In this document: in pieces, positions 17,297 to 26,275 of the stretch
How positions within the stretch are numbered: the first letter of the stretch is position 1
How the letters are laid out: every line of letters begins with the position of its first letter
From: an uncultured Candidatus Saccharibacteria bacterium
GTDB taxonomy: Bacteria; Patescibacteriota; Minisyncoccia; Phycocordibacterales; PALSA-1337
Assembly (NCBI GenBank): GCA_964367745.1
Contig: CAYIYK010000001.1
Span: forward strand, 28,142 to 92,141
Reading direction: 5' to 3'
DNA length: 64,000 bases
The notes under the pieces: generated by a model
Databases searched by the model: none
What the model was told of the DNA's origin: nothing
The model's input: the letters and a program-made list of their open reading frames with translations, nothing else
Translations under genes and position numbers: made by a program

Positions 17297-18832
17297 ATGA
17301 CACCAAAAACCCAATCAAAATTACCTAGAATAATGTATGATCAAACACAGTTCACATCGTTGTGGATGATTGATAAGAATGGTTTGTGGCTCTGTGATAA
17401 GGCGTATCACGATATGAGGAAAATTTCAGGGTATACTCCTTCTGAATGGATTATTTATACTCAAAACAAACCTGTCTCGTTTTGGTTTGGTGCATATGAC
17501 GAAGAAGCAATCAATGAAGAAGCAAGGGTAGGATTTGATAATTTTACAGATAAGGAATTTCTAGATAAATTTGAGTCCGCAATAAATAAATCTTACGAAG
17601 AAACGAAGGCGCTCAAAGATATATTTTTCAGTAAGTTTTACAAGAAAGAAAAAGAGGCGCTTGAAAAAGAACCTATTGAGGTTGCTAATTTTATACAAAG
17701 AATCCATGACATGTCAGCATTTACAATGTCATATTATTTTCTCACACAGCCTCAAAGATTTTATAAATTTGAAGAAGAAATAAAGCAATATCTCCCTAAC
17801 AAAGAACTTGAGCATGTATCAACTAATGGTCGCTATCTTACATATATTTCTCAAATTCAAAAGTTTATTACTGATCTGGCTTCTTCAATTAAAGAAAAGA
17901 ATAAAACCTTCAATAATTTTATTACTGAAAACCCAGAATGGTCTACAAAGATTGATGACATTGTTAAGAACATCGGATTTTTGAATTGGGGTTTGTTGGG
18001 AGGTGAGTTGGCTGATAGAACCTATATCGAAAAAGCCGTAGAGGAATTGCTTAATGATGACGCTAAACTTGTTGAAGAAAAAAGAAAAACTTTTGAACTG
18101 ATTACTCATACAGATGAAAGAAATAGAATAGTGGCTAATGATAAAAGTAGAGCGGTGCAAGTTGCAGATATAATGGGTCATTCATCAGTAATGAGATTTG
18201 ATCTCCAAACATTCATGCTTTGTACTATTAACTATGCAAATATCTTTATCAAAGCAGCCCAGGAAAAATATAAGCTAACTAATGATCAACTCGCGTCGTA
18301 TTTTTATGATGAAGTCGTTTCTTTGGTGAAAGAAGGTAAGCTAGTGGATTCAGAAATATTAGATCAAAGACAGAAAGGTTTCTTAAAGATTCACAAAGGC
18401 ACAACTGTTGACAGCTATATCGCAGAAAAAGCTCACAACGAAATAAAGGATTTGCTCGAGTTTAGACTCAGTGAGATTAATTCCACAAAGGAAGTTAGGG
18501 GTACCGTCGCTTCATGGCCAGACAAAGGGACTGAAAAAATATCTGCAAGAGCCTTTGTTCTTACAACAGCTTTTGATATTGAAGAAGAACTGAGGAAATT
18601 TAAGCCAGGGGATATCTTAGTTGCTACTCAGACTCATCCTAATCTTGTACCTCAAATGAAAAGCGCTGTTGCTGTTGTAACTGACGAAGGTGGGATTACC
18701 TGTCACGCAGCAATTGTTTCTCGTGAGCTTCGAAAACCTTGTATTATAGGCACAAAACTTTCTACAAAAATATTTAAGACAGGTGATATGTTAGATCTTG
18801 ATTTAAAATTAGGTACTGTAAAAAAAGTTTAG
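17297..18832 (+). CDS. PEP-utilising-enzyme mobile (phosphohistidine swivel) domain protein with a ~400-aa unknown N-terminal region; the C-terminal half of an RPH-like phosphotransferase
   Basis: C-terminal GGITCHAAIVSRELRKPCIIG matches the catalytic-His motif GGxTSHAAIxAREL. The domain order ATP-grasp | middle | His is that of rifampin phosphotransferase rather than PpsA. Confidence 0.65.
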   Translation: MTPKTQSKLPRIMYDQTQFTSLWMIDKNGLWLCDKAYHDMRKISGYTPSEWIIYTQNKPVSFWFGAYDEEAINEEARVGFDNFTDKEFLDKFESAINKSYEETKALKDIFFSKFYKKEKEALEKEPIEVANFIQRIHDMSAFTMSYYFLTQPQRFYKFEEEIKQYLPNKELEHVSTNGRYLTYISQIQKFITDLASSIKEKNKTFNNFITENPEWSTKIDDIVKNIGFLNWGLLGGELADRTYIEKAVEELLNDDAKLVEEKRKTFELITHTDERNRIVANDKSRAVQVADIMGHSSVMRFDLQTFMLCTINYANIFIKAAQEKYKLTNDQLASYFYDEVVSLVKEGKLVDSEILDQRQKGFLKIHKGTTVDSYIAEKAHNEIKDLLEFRLSEINSTKEVRGTVASWPDKGTEKISARAFVLTTAFDIEEELRKFKPGDILVATQTHPNLVPQMKSAVAVVTDEGGITCHAAIVSRELRKPCIIGTKLSTKIFKTGDMLDLDLKLGTVKKV

Positions 18833-18870
18833 AATATTAAAACTTGTCTTGAGATGATGGTTTTTAATTA

Positions 18871-18900
18871 GATGGGGATGTGATGGAGTTTAGGATTTAA
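18871..18900 (+). repeat. R7: gatggggatgtgatggagtttaggatttaa (27/30 identical to the native ychF end)
   Basis: Translates DGDVMEFRI*. It is the distal boundary of the array. Confidence 0.8.
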
Positions 18901-18957
18901 ACAAAAGAAAACTCGCCATCCGAAGATAGAGAGTAGTCTGTTTAGTTGGTGAGTAGT

Positions 18958-19110
18958 TACTTCTTGCGGGGCTCCTTGGGCCACACGATCTCAATAGCAC
19001 CGAGGAAGATAAGTGCGAATAGACAGTATGGGTTTTTGGTCAAATAAACCGCATACCCGACTGCTGCACTGACACCCAACGCAATACATGATGCAGGTAC
19101 ATATTTCATG
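18958..19110 (-). CDS. small hydrophobic protein (about 50 aa) in a GC-rich block
   Basis: Hand translation of the minus strand gives MKYVPASCIALGVSAAVGYAVYLTKNPYCLFALIFLGAIEIVWPKEPRKK. It is below the 60-aa cutoff of the ORF track. Confidence 0.3.
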
Positions 19111-19293
19111 ACTAAGTACTTTCGTTTGTTGTGAAAACTTACCTAAAAATTATCATAGCATAATTAAATTATTATGTCGAATCTGAGATAATGTTCGCAT
19201 TGCCTCAAGTCATTGACACTATCACATATATGTGCTAGTGTTTTTGTGGATTAGTCGAACAAATTGACAACTCCATACGAAAGGAAAACTTAA

Positions 19294-20247
19294 ATGACCG
19301 CTTCAAACATTACCGAAATGGGCATCGTACAGATGCTCGCCACAGTTCTTGGTGGTGAAATCTCCGAAGATTCTGGTCCGTCCGAACGGATCAAGAGCAA
19401 GGAGAAGCAGAGGGGTGTCATCACCTCACCTGCTTCACGTAGGCTCTACACCGCAAACTCGATTATGTCCGAACATATCGGAGACCTCGTAAACGAGCAC
19501 AACCGCCTCCACGAGAATGAAGAGAAGCCTGAGAATCACGACTGCGAGGCATTCAGGGCGAAAATTTCGCGCCTGGGTGCTCGGAGGGATTTGCTCCACA
19601 GTCTTCTCTGGCAAGCAATCACCGAGGAACACCCTCAGGTTGTCGCAAACAATGCGAGTATCCGAAAAGGATGGCTCCTAGTGGATAATGATGGGGAGTG
19701 GAACGAAATCATTACCGTATCTGACAAGGCAAGTATCGCTAACAATTTCATCAGCCGTGTAACCGCAATCGTCTGCGGAAAGCGTCTGGCGGTGATGGAA
19801 GAAGAACTTGATCTCGTTGGAATTGGTGAGGAAGTAATTGGCTCGCTCAACGACGAACGTATCCAGACCCTTAGATCGCTTACTTCAGAAGTTCACAAGG
19901 AGCTGTCAAAACAGCTTTCTGCGGACGTCATGGACGCCGGTAGTAATGTTATCGGGAATATGACTGTAAATGAGGTGAGCCGTCTGATCGCACAGGCGAT
20001 ACATCTCAAGAAACTGTCTGACCTTACATCCTCCTTGTTCTGGTGCGGTGTTCGTGATGCTGTTCCAGCAGCAGCGGATCTTCCGAATATTGGTATTCGG
20101 CGGGCGTGGGATGTCGTCAAATGTGTTCATGATGAGGACGAAGACGGCATCAAGATGGTGATGACCCCGACGGGTCCCATAATTGAGATGAAAGTCCCTA
20201 TCCCAAGAGGTTTGCTCATGTCCTTATTGGGACGTGGTGGACGCTAA
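19294..20247 (+). CDS. hypothetical protein, GC-rich ORFan (317 aa)
   Basis: ORF track. No recognisable motif. Composition is about 50% GC. Confidence 0.4.
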   Translation: MTASNITEMGIVQMLATVLGGEISEDSGPSERIKSKEKQRGVITSPASRRLYTANSIMSEHIGDLVNEHNRLHENEEKPENHDCEAFRAKISRLGARRDLLHSLLWQAITEEHPQVVANNASIRKGWLLVDNDGEWNEIITVSDKASIANNFISRVTAIVCGKRLAVMEEELDLVGIGEEVIGSLNDERIQTLRSLTSEVHKELSKQLSADVMDAGSNVIGNMTVNEVSRLIAQAIHLKKLSDLTSSLFWCGVRDAVPAAADLPNIGIRRAWDVVKCVHDEDEDGIKMVMTPTGPIIEMKVPIPRGLLMSLLGRGGR

Positions 20248-20283
20248 TCCAATCGACGCCTGACCGCCCCCACAACCTCACAA

Positions 20284-20320
20284 GCCGGTAACTCTCACAC
20301 AGAGTTGCCGGTTTTCTTTT
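20284..20320 (+). terminator. rho-independent terminator
   Basis: gccggtaactct-cacac-agagttgccgg followed by ttttctttt. Confidence 0.55.
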
Positions 20321-20585
20321 ATCTTCCAAAAACACCTGATTTATGGTAATATGATAGGGAATGAAAAGAAGCTCCTTTCACTACGAGACGAGTCATGGTG
20401 GACACAATGATTCAGGTAATGCTTGGAAAAACATTGGCAAAATAACCGTAGTACTTTTGGTTATTTGGGCTATTCAAATTTTCTTTGTTAACTTCCCCCC
20501 ATGGTTCAATCAACAATGAACCTCCTCCTCTACGAAAACCCCGGTACTTCACAGTATCGGGATTTTGTTATATCATACAAGGACT

Positions 20586-22886
20586 ATGAGCTCTTACGAC
20601 CATACAAAAATTGAAAAGAAGTGGCAGAAAATATGGGAATCAAAAAAACCAAATAAAGTAAAAGAAGATTTAAAAAAGAAAAAGTTTTTTGCATTGATAG
20701 AATTCCCATATCCATCAGGAGCAGGGATGCACGTTGGTCATATAAGAAGTAATACAGCAATGGATATAATCTCTCGAAAGAGAAGAAGAGAGGGTTATAA
20801 CGTTCTATATCCAATAGGTTGGGATGCTTTCGGTCTTCCTGCAGAAAACTATGCAATTAAAACTGGTATACATCCGTCTATAATAACAAAACAGAATACA
20901 GATACGTTTAGAAGACAATTAAAAGCTTTAGGTTTTTCTTTTGATTGGTCAAGAGAAATAGATACAACAGATCCAAAATACTATAAATGGACTCAATGGA
21001 TTTTTTTACAATTCCTTAAAAAAGGTTTGGCATATAAAAACAGGATGACGATAAATTGGTGCCCAAAGGATCTTATAGGTCTTGCGAATGAAGAAGTGAT
21101 AGACGGATGTTGTGAACGTTGTGGTACAAAAGTAGAAAAAAGAGAAAAAGAACAGTGGATGTTGGCTATAACAAAGTATGCAGAAAGATTAGACAAAGAT
21201 CTAGATGAAACAGATTTTCAAGAGAGAATAAAGATTCAACAAAGGAATTGGATTGGGAAAAGTGAAGGTGCTGAAATTGATTTTAAAATAAATAATTCAG
21301 ATAAAAATATAAAGGTATTTACAACAAGACCAGATACGCTTTTTGGTGTAACTTATCTAGTGCTTGCGCCAGAACATAGTTTGGTAAAAGAATTGATTTC
21401 TGATGTTTCAAATAAAGATGAAATAAATGCATATATAAAACAAGTAAAAGAAAAAACAGATATAGAAAGAACAGATGCGAAATCAGAGAAAACTGGCGTA
21501 CAGTTAAAAGGAATTAGTGTTGTAAACCCTGCAAACAATGAGGAAGTACCCCTATGGATCGCTGATTATGTATTAGCAGATTATGGAACAGGGGCTGTTA
21601 TGGCAGTGCCAGCACATGATGAGAGAGATAGACAATTCTCAGAAAAATACAATCTTCCGATAAAAGAAACAATTCTACATGATAAAAAAGAAATAATTGA
21701 AAAATACGGTAAATCAATAACCAAATTCAAACTTCGCGACTGGGTATTCTCTCGACAAAGATATTGGGGAGAGCCAATACCAGTTATACATTGTGAAAAA
21801 TGTGGAATGGTTCCTGTACCAGAAAAAGACTTACCAGTAAAACTTCCAAAAGTTGAAAACTATAAACCAACAGAGACCGGTGAATCTCCACTCGCTTCAA
21901 TTGATAAATGGGTAAATACAAAATGTCCAAACTGCAAAGGTAAAGCAAAAAGGGAAACAGATACAATGCCAAACTGGGCGGGAAGTAGTTGGTACTATTT
22001 AAGATATACAGATCCAAAAAATAAAAAGGCTTTCGCTAGTGAAAAGAATTTAAAATATTGGACTCCAGTAGATTGGTATAACGGTGGAATGGAACATACC
22101 ACTTTACACTTATTGTATTCAAGATTCTGGCATAAATTCCTTTTTGATCTAGGCTTGGTCCCAACTACTGAGCCATACAAAAAGAGAACATCACACGGTT
22201 TGATACTAGCAGAAGGTGGAGCGAAGATGTCAAAGTCAGTCGGAAATGTAGTAAATCCTGATGATATAGTAAAAGTTGTAGGAGCAGATACACTAAGAGT
22301 TCACGAAATGTTCATGGGTCCATTTGATCAAGCGATAGCGTGGGACACAAACTCAATAGCAGGATCAAGAAGATTCATAGAAAGAGTTTGGAAACTAAAT
22401 GAAAAGATTGGATTACAATCAAGTGGAGAAATAGAGGTAAGTGTTCACAAAACGATAAAGAAAGTTAGCGAAGATATCGAAGAGATGAGGTTCAATACAG
22501 CGATAAGTTCAATAATGATTCTATTGAATGATTTTGAAAAAGAAGGAAGTATATTGAAAGAACATTACAATATCTTGATACAACTTTTGGCACCATTTGC
22601 ACCGCATGTCACAGAAGAACTATGGGTTATGATGAAGAATAAAGGCTCTGTACATGCCTCAGAATGGCCCAAATTTGACCCAAGTAAGCTAATAGAAAGT
22701 AATGTCACGATAACTATACAAGTTAATGGAAAAGTGCGAGGTACGATGAAAGCAAAGATTGATACTCCAGATATAGAAATAGAAAAAACGGCTCTAAATA
22801 TGGATGAAATAAAGAAATGGACACTTGGAAATGTTCCAAAAAAGGTGATAGTAATCAAAAATAGGCTTATCAACATAGTGGTGTAA
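20586..22886 (+). CDS. leuS: leucyl-tRNA synthetase (short form)
   Basis: HVGH (HIGH-class) motif, KMSKS and the editing-domain region. The internal Met MSSYDHTKIEKKWQKIW is the likely start. Confidence 0.9.
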   Translation: MSSYDHTKIEKKWQKIWESKKPNKVKEDLKKKKFFALIEFPYPSGAGMHVGHIRSNTAMDIISRKRRREGYNVLYPIGWDAFGLPAENYAIKTGIHPSIITKQNTDTFRRQLKALGFSFDWSREIDTTDPKYYKWTQWIFLQFLKKGLAYKNRMTINWCPKDLIGLANEEVIDGCCERCGTKVEKREKEQWMLAITKYAERLDKDLDETDFQERIKIQQRNWIGKSEGAEIDFKINNSDKNIKVFTTRPDTLFGVTYLVLAPEHSLVKELISDVSNKDEINAYIKQVKEKTDIERTDAKSEKTGVQLKGISVVNPANNEEVPLWIADYVLADYGTGAVMAVPAHDERDRQFSEKYNLPIKETILHDKKEIIEKYGKSITKFKLRDWVFSRQRYWGEPIPVIHCEKCGMVPVPEKDLPVKLPKVENYKPTETGESPLASIDKWVNTKCPNCKGKAKRETDTMPNWAGSSWYYLRYTDPKNKKAFASEKNLKYWTPVDWYNGGMEHTTLHLLYSRFWHKFLFDLGLVPTTEPYKKRTSHGLILAEGGAKMSKSVGNVVNPDDIVKVVGADTLRVHEMFMGPFDQAIAWDTNSIAGSRRFIERVWKLNEKIGLQSSGEIEVSVHKTIKKVSEDIEEMRFNTAISSIMILLNDFEKEGSILKEHYNILIQLLAPFAPHVTEELWVMMKNKGSVHASEWPKFDPSKLIESNVTITIQVNGKVRGTMKAKIDTPDIEIEKTALNMDEIKKWTLGNVPKKVIVIKNRLINIVV

Positions 22887-22953
22887 TAAAGCCAAATTTG
22901 ACAGATTATAAAGGATAATGTAGTATCAAACTTATAAATTAACAACAAATTGC

Positions 22954-24000
22954 ATGCCTAACATACAATTCAAACCAAAACAAACAACAAAAAAGCTTTT
23001 AGCGGTTCTACCAGATCGTGCTCGTGAAGTCCTTATCAAAAGATACGGCCTTGGAAAGAGTACAGAAAAAATGACTCTAGATTCTATTGGTAAATTGTAT
23101 GGCATTACTCGAGAAAGAGTTCGACAAATCGAAAACTATGCTCTAGCTAATATAAGAAAGTCTGATGCATATAAAGAAGAGAAAAACGCTTTTGCTGAAA
23201 TAGAAGAATTGATCCATGCTTTGGGTGGGATTGTTGTTGAAGAAGATTTCCTAGGACATGCTTCAAAAGATAAAGAATTACAAAACCATATTCATTTCCT
23301 TTTGGTTATTGGTGATACATTCAAGAAGAGAAAGGAGGATAATGATTTCAAGCATCGATGGCATGTAAATGAAGAGCTTGCAAAGCAAGTAGAATCTTCT
23401 CTAAGTAAGCTTTATAGTAATCTATCAAACGATGATCTACTTCTTGAATCTGAAATCGTAAACAAATTCCTAGGACATCTAGAATCTGTTTCTGAAAAAT
23501 ATAAGAATCAAGAAATCGTTAAAAGATGGTTATCTCTTTCAAAGACACTTGGCAAAAATGCTATGGGTGAATGGGGTGTTGCTAGTTCATCAAATATCAA
23601 GACAAAGGGTATGAGAGACTATGCTTTCCTTGTTATACGAAAACACGGTTCCCCAATACACTTCAAAGAAGTGGCAAAACAAATCACTGCAGTTTTCAAA
23701 AAGAAAGCTCATATCGCTACAACTCACAACGAACTTATAAAAGATAAGAGATTTGTTCTAGTAGGAAGAGGACTTTATGCTCTAAGAGAATGGGGATATA
23801 TGTCAGGAGTTGTTAAGGATGTTATAAAAAATATTCTAGAAAAGAACGGACCTCTAACTAAAGAAGAGATTATCGATAAGGTAATGAAGGAGAGATACGT
23901 AAAGGAAAATACTATTATGGTTAATCTACAAAACCAAAAGCATTTCAAGAAAACAAAGGATGGTAAATACGACCTTATAGAAGTAAAAGTAGTTGCTTAG
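22954..24000 (+). CDS. sigma-70 region-4 HTH plus C-terminal HARE-HTH domain protein (putative transcription factor or RNAP-associated protein)
   Basis: N-terminal REVLIKRYGL...TLDSIGKLYGITRERVRQIENYAL matches sigma-70 region 4.2. C-terminal IRKHGSPIHFKEVAKQI...KRFVLVGRGLYALREWG matches the HARE-HTH pattern. Confidence 0.5.
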   Translation: MPNIQFKPKQTTKKLLAVLPDRAREVLIKRYGLGKSTEKMTLDSIGKLYGITRERVRQIENYALANIRKSDAYKEEKNAFAEIEELIHALGGIVVEEDFLGHASKDKELQNHIHFLLVIGDTFKKRKEDNDFKHRWHVNEELAKQVESSLSKLYSNLSNDDLLLESEIVNKFLGHLESVSEKYKNQEIVKRWLSLSKTLGKNAMGEWGVASSSNIKTKGMRDYAFLVIRKHGSPIHFKEVAKQITAVFKKKAHIATTHNELIKDKRFVLVGRGLYALREWGYMSGVVKDVIKNILEKNGPLTKEEIIDKVMKERYVKENTIMVNLQNQKHFKKTKDGKYDLIEVKVVA

Positions 24001-24043
24001 TTTTCCATAGTCTATACAAAAGAAAACTGATATAATATTTGGT

Positions 24044-25297
24044 ATGATTTTTAGTTTGCTTCAAGATGAAGTTGTATCAGCTGTTACTCAAATCCTATTT
24101 CCGATTTTTCCAATAATCCTTGCTTGGATATTGTTTATATTATTCAAACCTCTTTGGATAAATTATGTTCAGTCATATTTTATCCTTAATCTTAAATATT
24201 CTCTAATAGAAGTTAAACTGCCAAAAGAAATGATTAAGTCTCCTTTATCAATGGAGCTTTTTCTCAATTCACTTCACAATACTTCAGATGGTAGTAACTA
24301 TGCCAAGTTCTGGAATGGAGAAAAGAGACCAAGTTATTCTCTAGAATTAATATCGGTTGAAGGTACTGTAAAGTTCCTGATCAGAACAGAAGATAGAAGA
24401 AAGAATGGAGTTATATCTGCACTGTATTCACAATTCCCTGGTATTGAAGTTCATGAGGCACCTGATTATACGCACGGCATACACTACAATCCAAAGGAAA
24501 CAAAGCTTTGGGGTGGAGAATTCGTTTTTACAAAACCTGATCCATATCCAATAAAAACATATATAGATTACGGTCTAGATAAAGATCCAAAAGAAGAATA
24601 TAAGATAGATCCTATGACACCGTTTTTGGAATTTTTGGGTAATCTAGGTTCAAATCAGCAAGTCTGGGTGCAGTATGTTATACGTGCTCATACACCAGAG
24701 CAAAAGAAATCAGGATATCTATGGAAAAAGACAGATGCATACAAAGACGAAGCTGCAAAAGTTATAAATGAAATAATGGTCCGAGATCCGAAGACTCGTG
24801 TTGTTGGTAAAAAGGATAAAGAAACTGGAAGAGTTATACCACCCACACTTTCTGATGGTGAAAAAGAAGTTATAAAAGCAATTGAAAGAAATATGGGAAA
24901 GATCTCTTTTGATGTTGGTGTTCGTGTTATTTATATTGCAAAGAAAGAAGTTTTTGATAAACCAAATGGAATCGGAGGTATTATGTCTGGATTCAAACAT
25001 TTCTCAACAGAGAACTTCAATGGTTTCAAACCAAATAATAAAATATGGTCTCCTAAATTCAGTAACGTTCCTTGGGAAGATTATAAAAAGATGAGAGAGA
25101 ATAAATCGAATACCTTGGTATTGGAAGCATATAAACGTAGATCATTTTTCTATCAACCTTTTGTTAGTAAAACTATTGTCTTAAGTACAGAAGAACTTGC
25201 TACAATATATCACTTCCCTGGAAGTGTTGCTGCGACTCCAGGACTTGTACGTATTCCATCAAAGAAATCAGAAGCTCCATCAAATCTACCTATATAG
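24044..25297 (+). CDS. hypothetical membrane-anchored protein (417 aa)
   Basis: Two N-terminal TM helices. No recognisable catalytic motif. Confidence 0.4.
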   Translation: MIFSLLQDEVVSAVTQILFPIFPIILAWILFILFKPLWINYVQSYFILNLKYSLIEVKLPKEMIKSPLSMELFLNSLHNTSDGSNYAKFWNGEKRPSYSLELISVEGTVKFLIRTEDRRKNGVISALYSQFPGIEVHEAPDYTHGIHYNPKETKLWGGEFVFTKPDPYPIKTYIDYGLDKDPKEEYKIDPMTPFLEFLGNLGSNQQVWVQYVIRAHTPEQKKSGYLWKKTDAYKDEAAKVINEIMVRDPKTRVVGKKDKETGRVIPPTLSDGEKEVIKAIERNMGKISFDVGVRVIYIAKKEVFDKPNGIGGIMSGFKHFSTENFNGFKPNNKIWSPKFSNVPWEDYKKMRENKSNTLVLEAYKRRSFFYQPFVSKTIVLSTEELATIYHFPGSVAATPGLVRIPSKKSEAPSNLPI

Positions 25298-25299
25298 TT

Positions 25300-26235
25300 A
25301 TGAAGAAAAATATTATTCTAGTTTTGATTTCAATATCTATACTTTCAGTAGTAGTTTTCTCGCAAGCTCCAAGTAGTTTCCCTACAAAGCCTTTTTCCTT
25401 TCCAATTTATAAAGGTAATTCTTTGAATAAAATAACTGATGATTTGTATTCAAAAAATATCATAAAGTCGAAAATACTTTTTAAAGCATCAAGTACTTTA
25501 TTTTCTTTCGGTAGTGGTCTAAAAGCTGGTTATTACAAATTTACTGTAAAAGAAAATGTTTTTGTTATTGCGTATAGAATGGCAAAAGGGCAGATACGAC
25601 AACAGAAAATAAGAATTACAATTCCAGAAGGCACCAATGTTTCTGATATGGCATTTATTTTATTAAAAAATCTTCCAGATTTTAATGCTCCACGTTTTGT
25701 ATCTTTGGCAAAAAAAGATGAAGGATATCTATATCCAGATACTTATGATTTTTATGAAGGTACTTCACCCGAGGATATTATTTCTACGATGAAAGATAAC
25801 TTCGATTCTAAAATAAAAGGTCTTGATTCAGAAATAAATAATTCAAAAAGAAGTTTGGAAGATATCATCATAATGGCTTCGCTTATCGAAGAAGAGGTAA
25901 ATAATGATATCGATAGAAAAATAGTTTCTGGTATTTTGTGGAAGAGACTTGATGAAAATATGCTTTTGCAAGTAGACGCACCTTTTTACTATATTACTGA
26001 TAAAAAGGGAGGAGTCACTTATGATGATCTTAAAATTGATTCACCCTACAATACTTATAAATATAAAGGATTAACCAAAGGTCCTATATCAAATCCTGGT
26101 ATAAAGTCGATTGAAGCAGCACTCAGACCTACAAAAACTAACTATTATTACTACCTTTCTGGCAAAGACGGAGTTACTAGATACGCTACTACATACGATG
26201 GACATTTGAGAAACAAGAATATATATTTGAAATAG
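25300..26235 (+). CDS. mltG: endolytic murein transglycosylase MltG (YceG family)
   Basis: N-terminal TM, YLYPDTYDF, SGILWKRL...LQVDAPFYY and YNTYKYKGLTKGPISNPG. Confidence 0.8.
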   Translation: MKKNIILVLISISILSVVVFSQAPSSFPTKPFSFPIYKGNSLNKITDDLYSKNIIKSKILFKASSTLFSFGSGLKAGYYKFTVKENVFVIAYRMAKGQIRQQKIRITIPEGTNVSDMAFILLKNLPDFNAPRFVSLAKKDEGYLYPDTYDFYEGTSPEDIISTMKDNFDSKIKGLDSEINNSKRSLEDIIIMASLIEEEVNNDIDRKIVSGILWKRLDENMLLQVDAPFYYITDKKGGVTYDDLKIDSPYNTYKYKGLTKGPISNPGIKSIEAALRPTKTNYYYYLSGKDGVTRYATTYDGHLRNKNIYLK

Positions 26236-26237
26236 AA

Positions 26238-26262
26238 AATGACCCGTTTAAGGGTCATTGAA
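26238..26262. terminator. bidirectional terminator
   Basis: atgacccgtttaagggtcat between convergent genes. Confidence 0.5.
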
Positions 26263-26275
26263 CTGGCAGTAGAGG

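Larger units (their letters stand above)
12837..18900 (+). mobile_element. array of seven small cassettes, each ending in a degenerate direct copy of the ychF 3' end. No recombinase is present.
   Basis: Boundary repeats sit at 13136-13162, 13674-13700, 14147-14173, 14581-14608, 15209-15238, 15457-15486 and 18871-18900. Each copy keeps the reading frame and a stop codon of the ychF tail (VMEFRI*, VMKFKI*, GVTEFKI*, AVEFRI*). Confidence 0.5.

Noticed and set aside
12807-18900. Could the repeated ychF-end motif be a CRISPR array?
   Set aside because: The copies are imperfect, 27-30 nt and asymmetric. The spacers are 250-3400 bp, of unequal length, and contain promoters, terminators and ORFs. 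There is no leader or cas gene. It is not CRISPR.
20248-20585. T-box riboswitch leaders upstream of leuS (and likewise alaS and trpS)
   Set aside because: No AGGGTGGNACCGCG-like T-box sequence or specifier-loop architecture is seen. There is only an imperfect hairpin (cccggtac...gtatcggg) before leuS.
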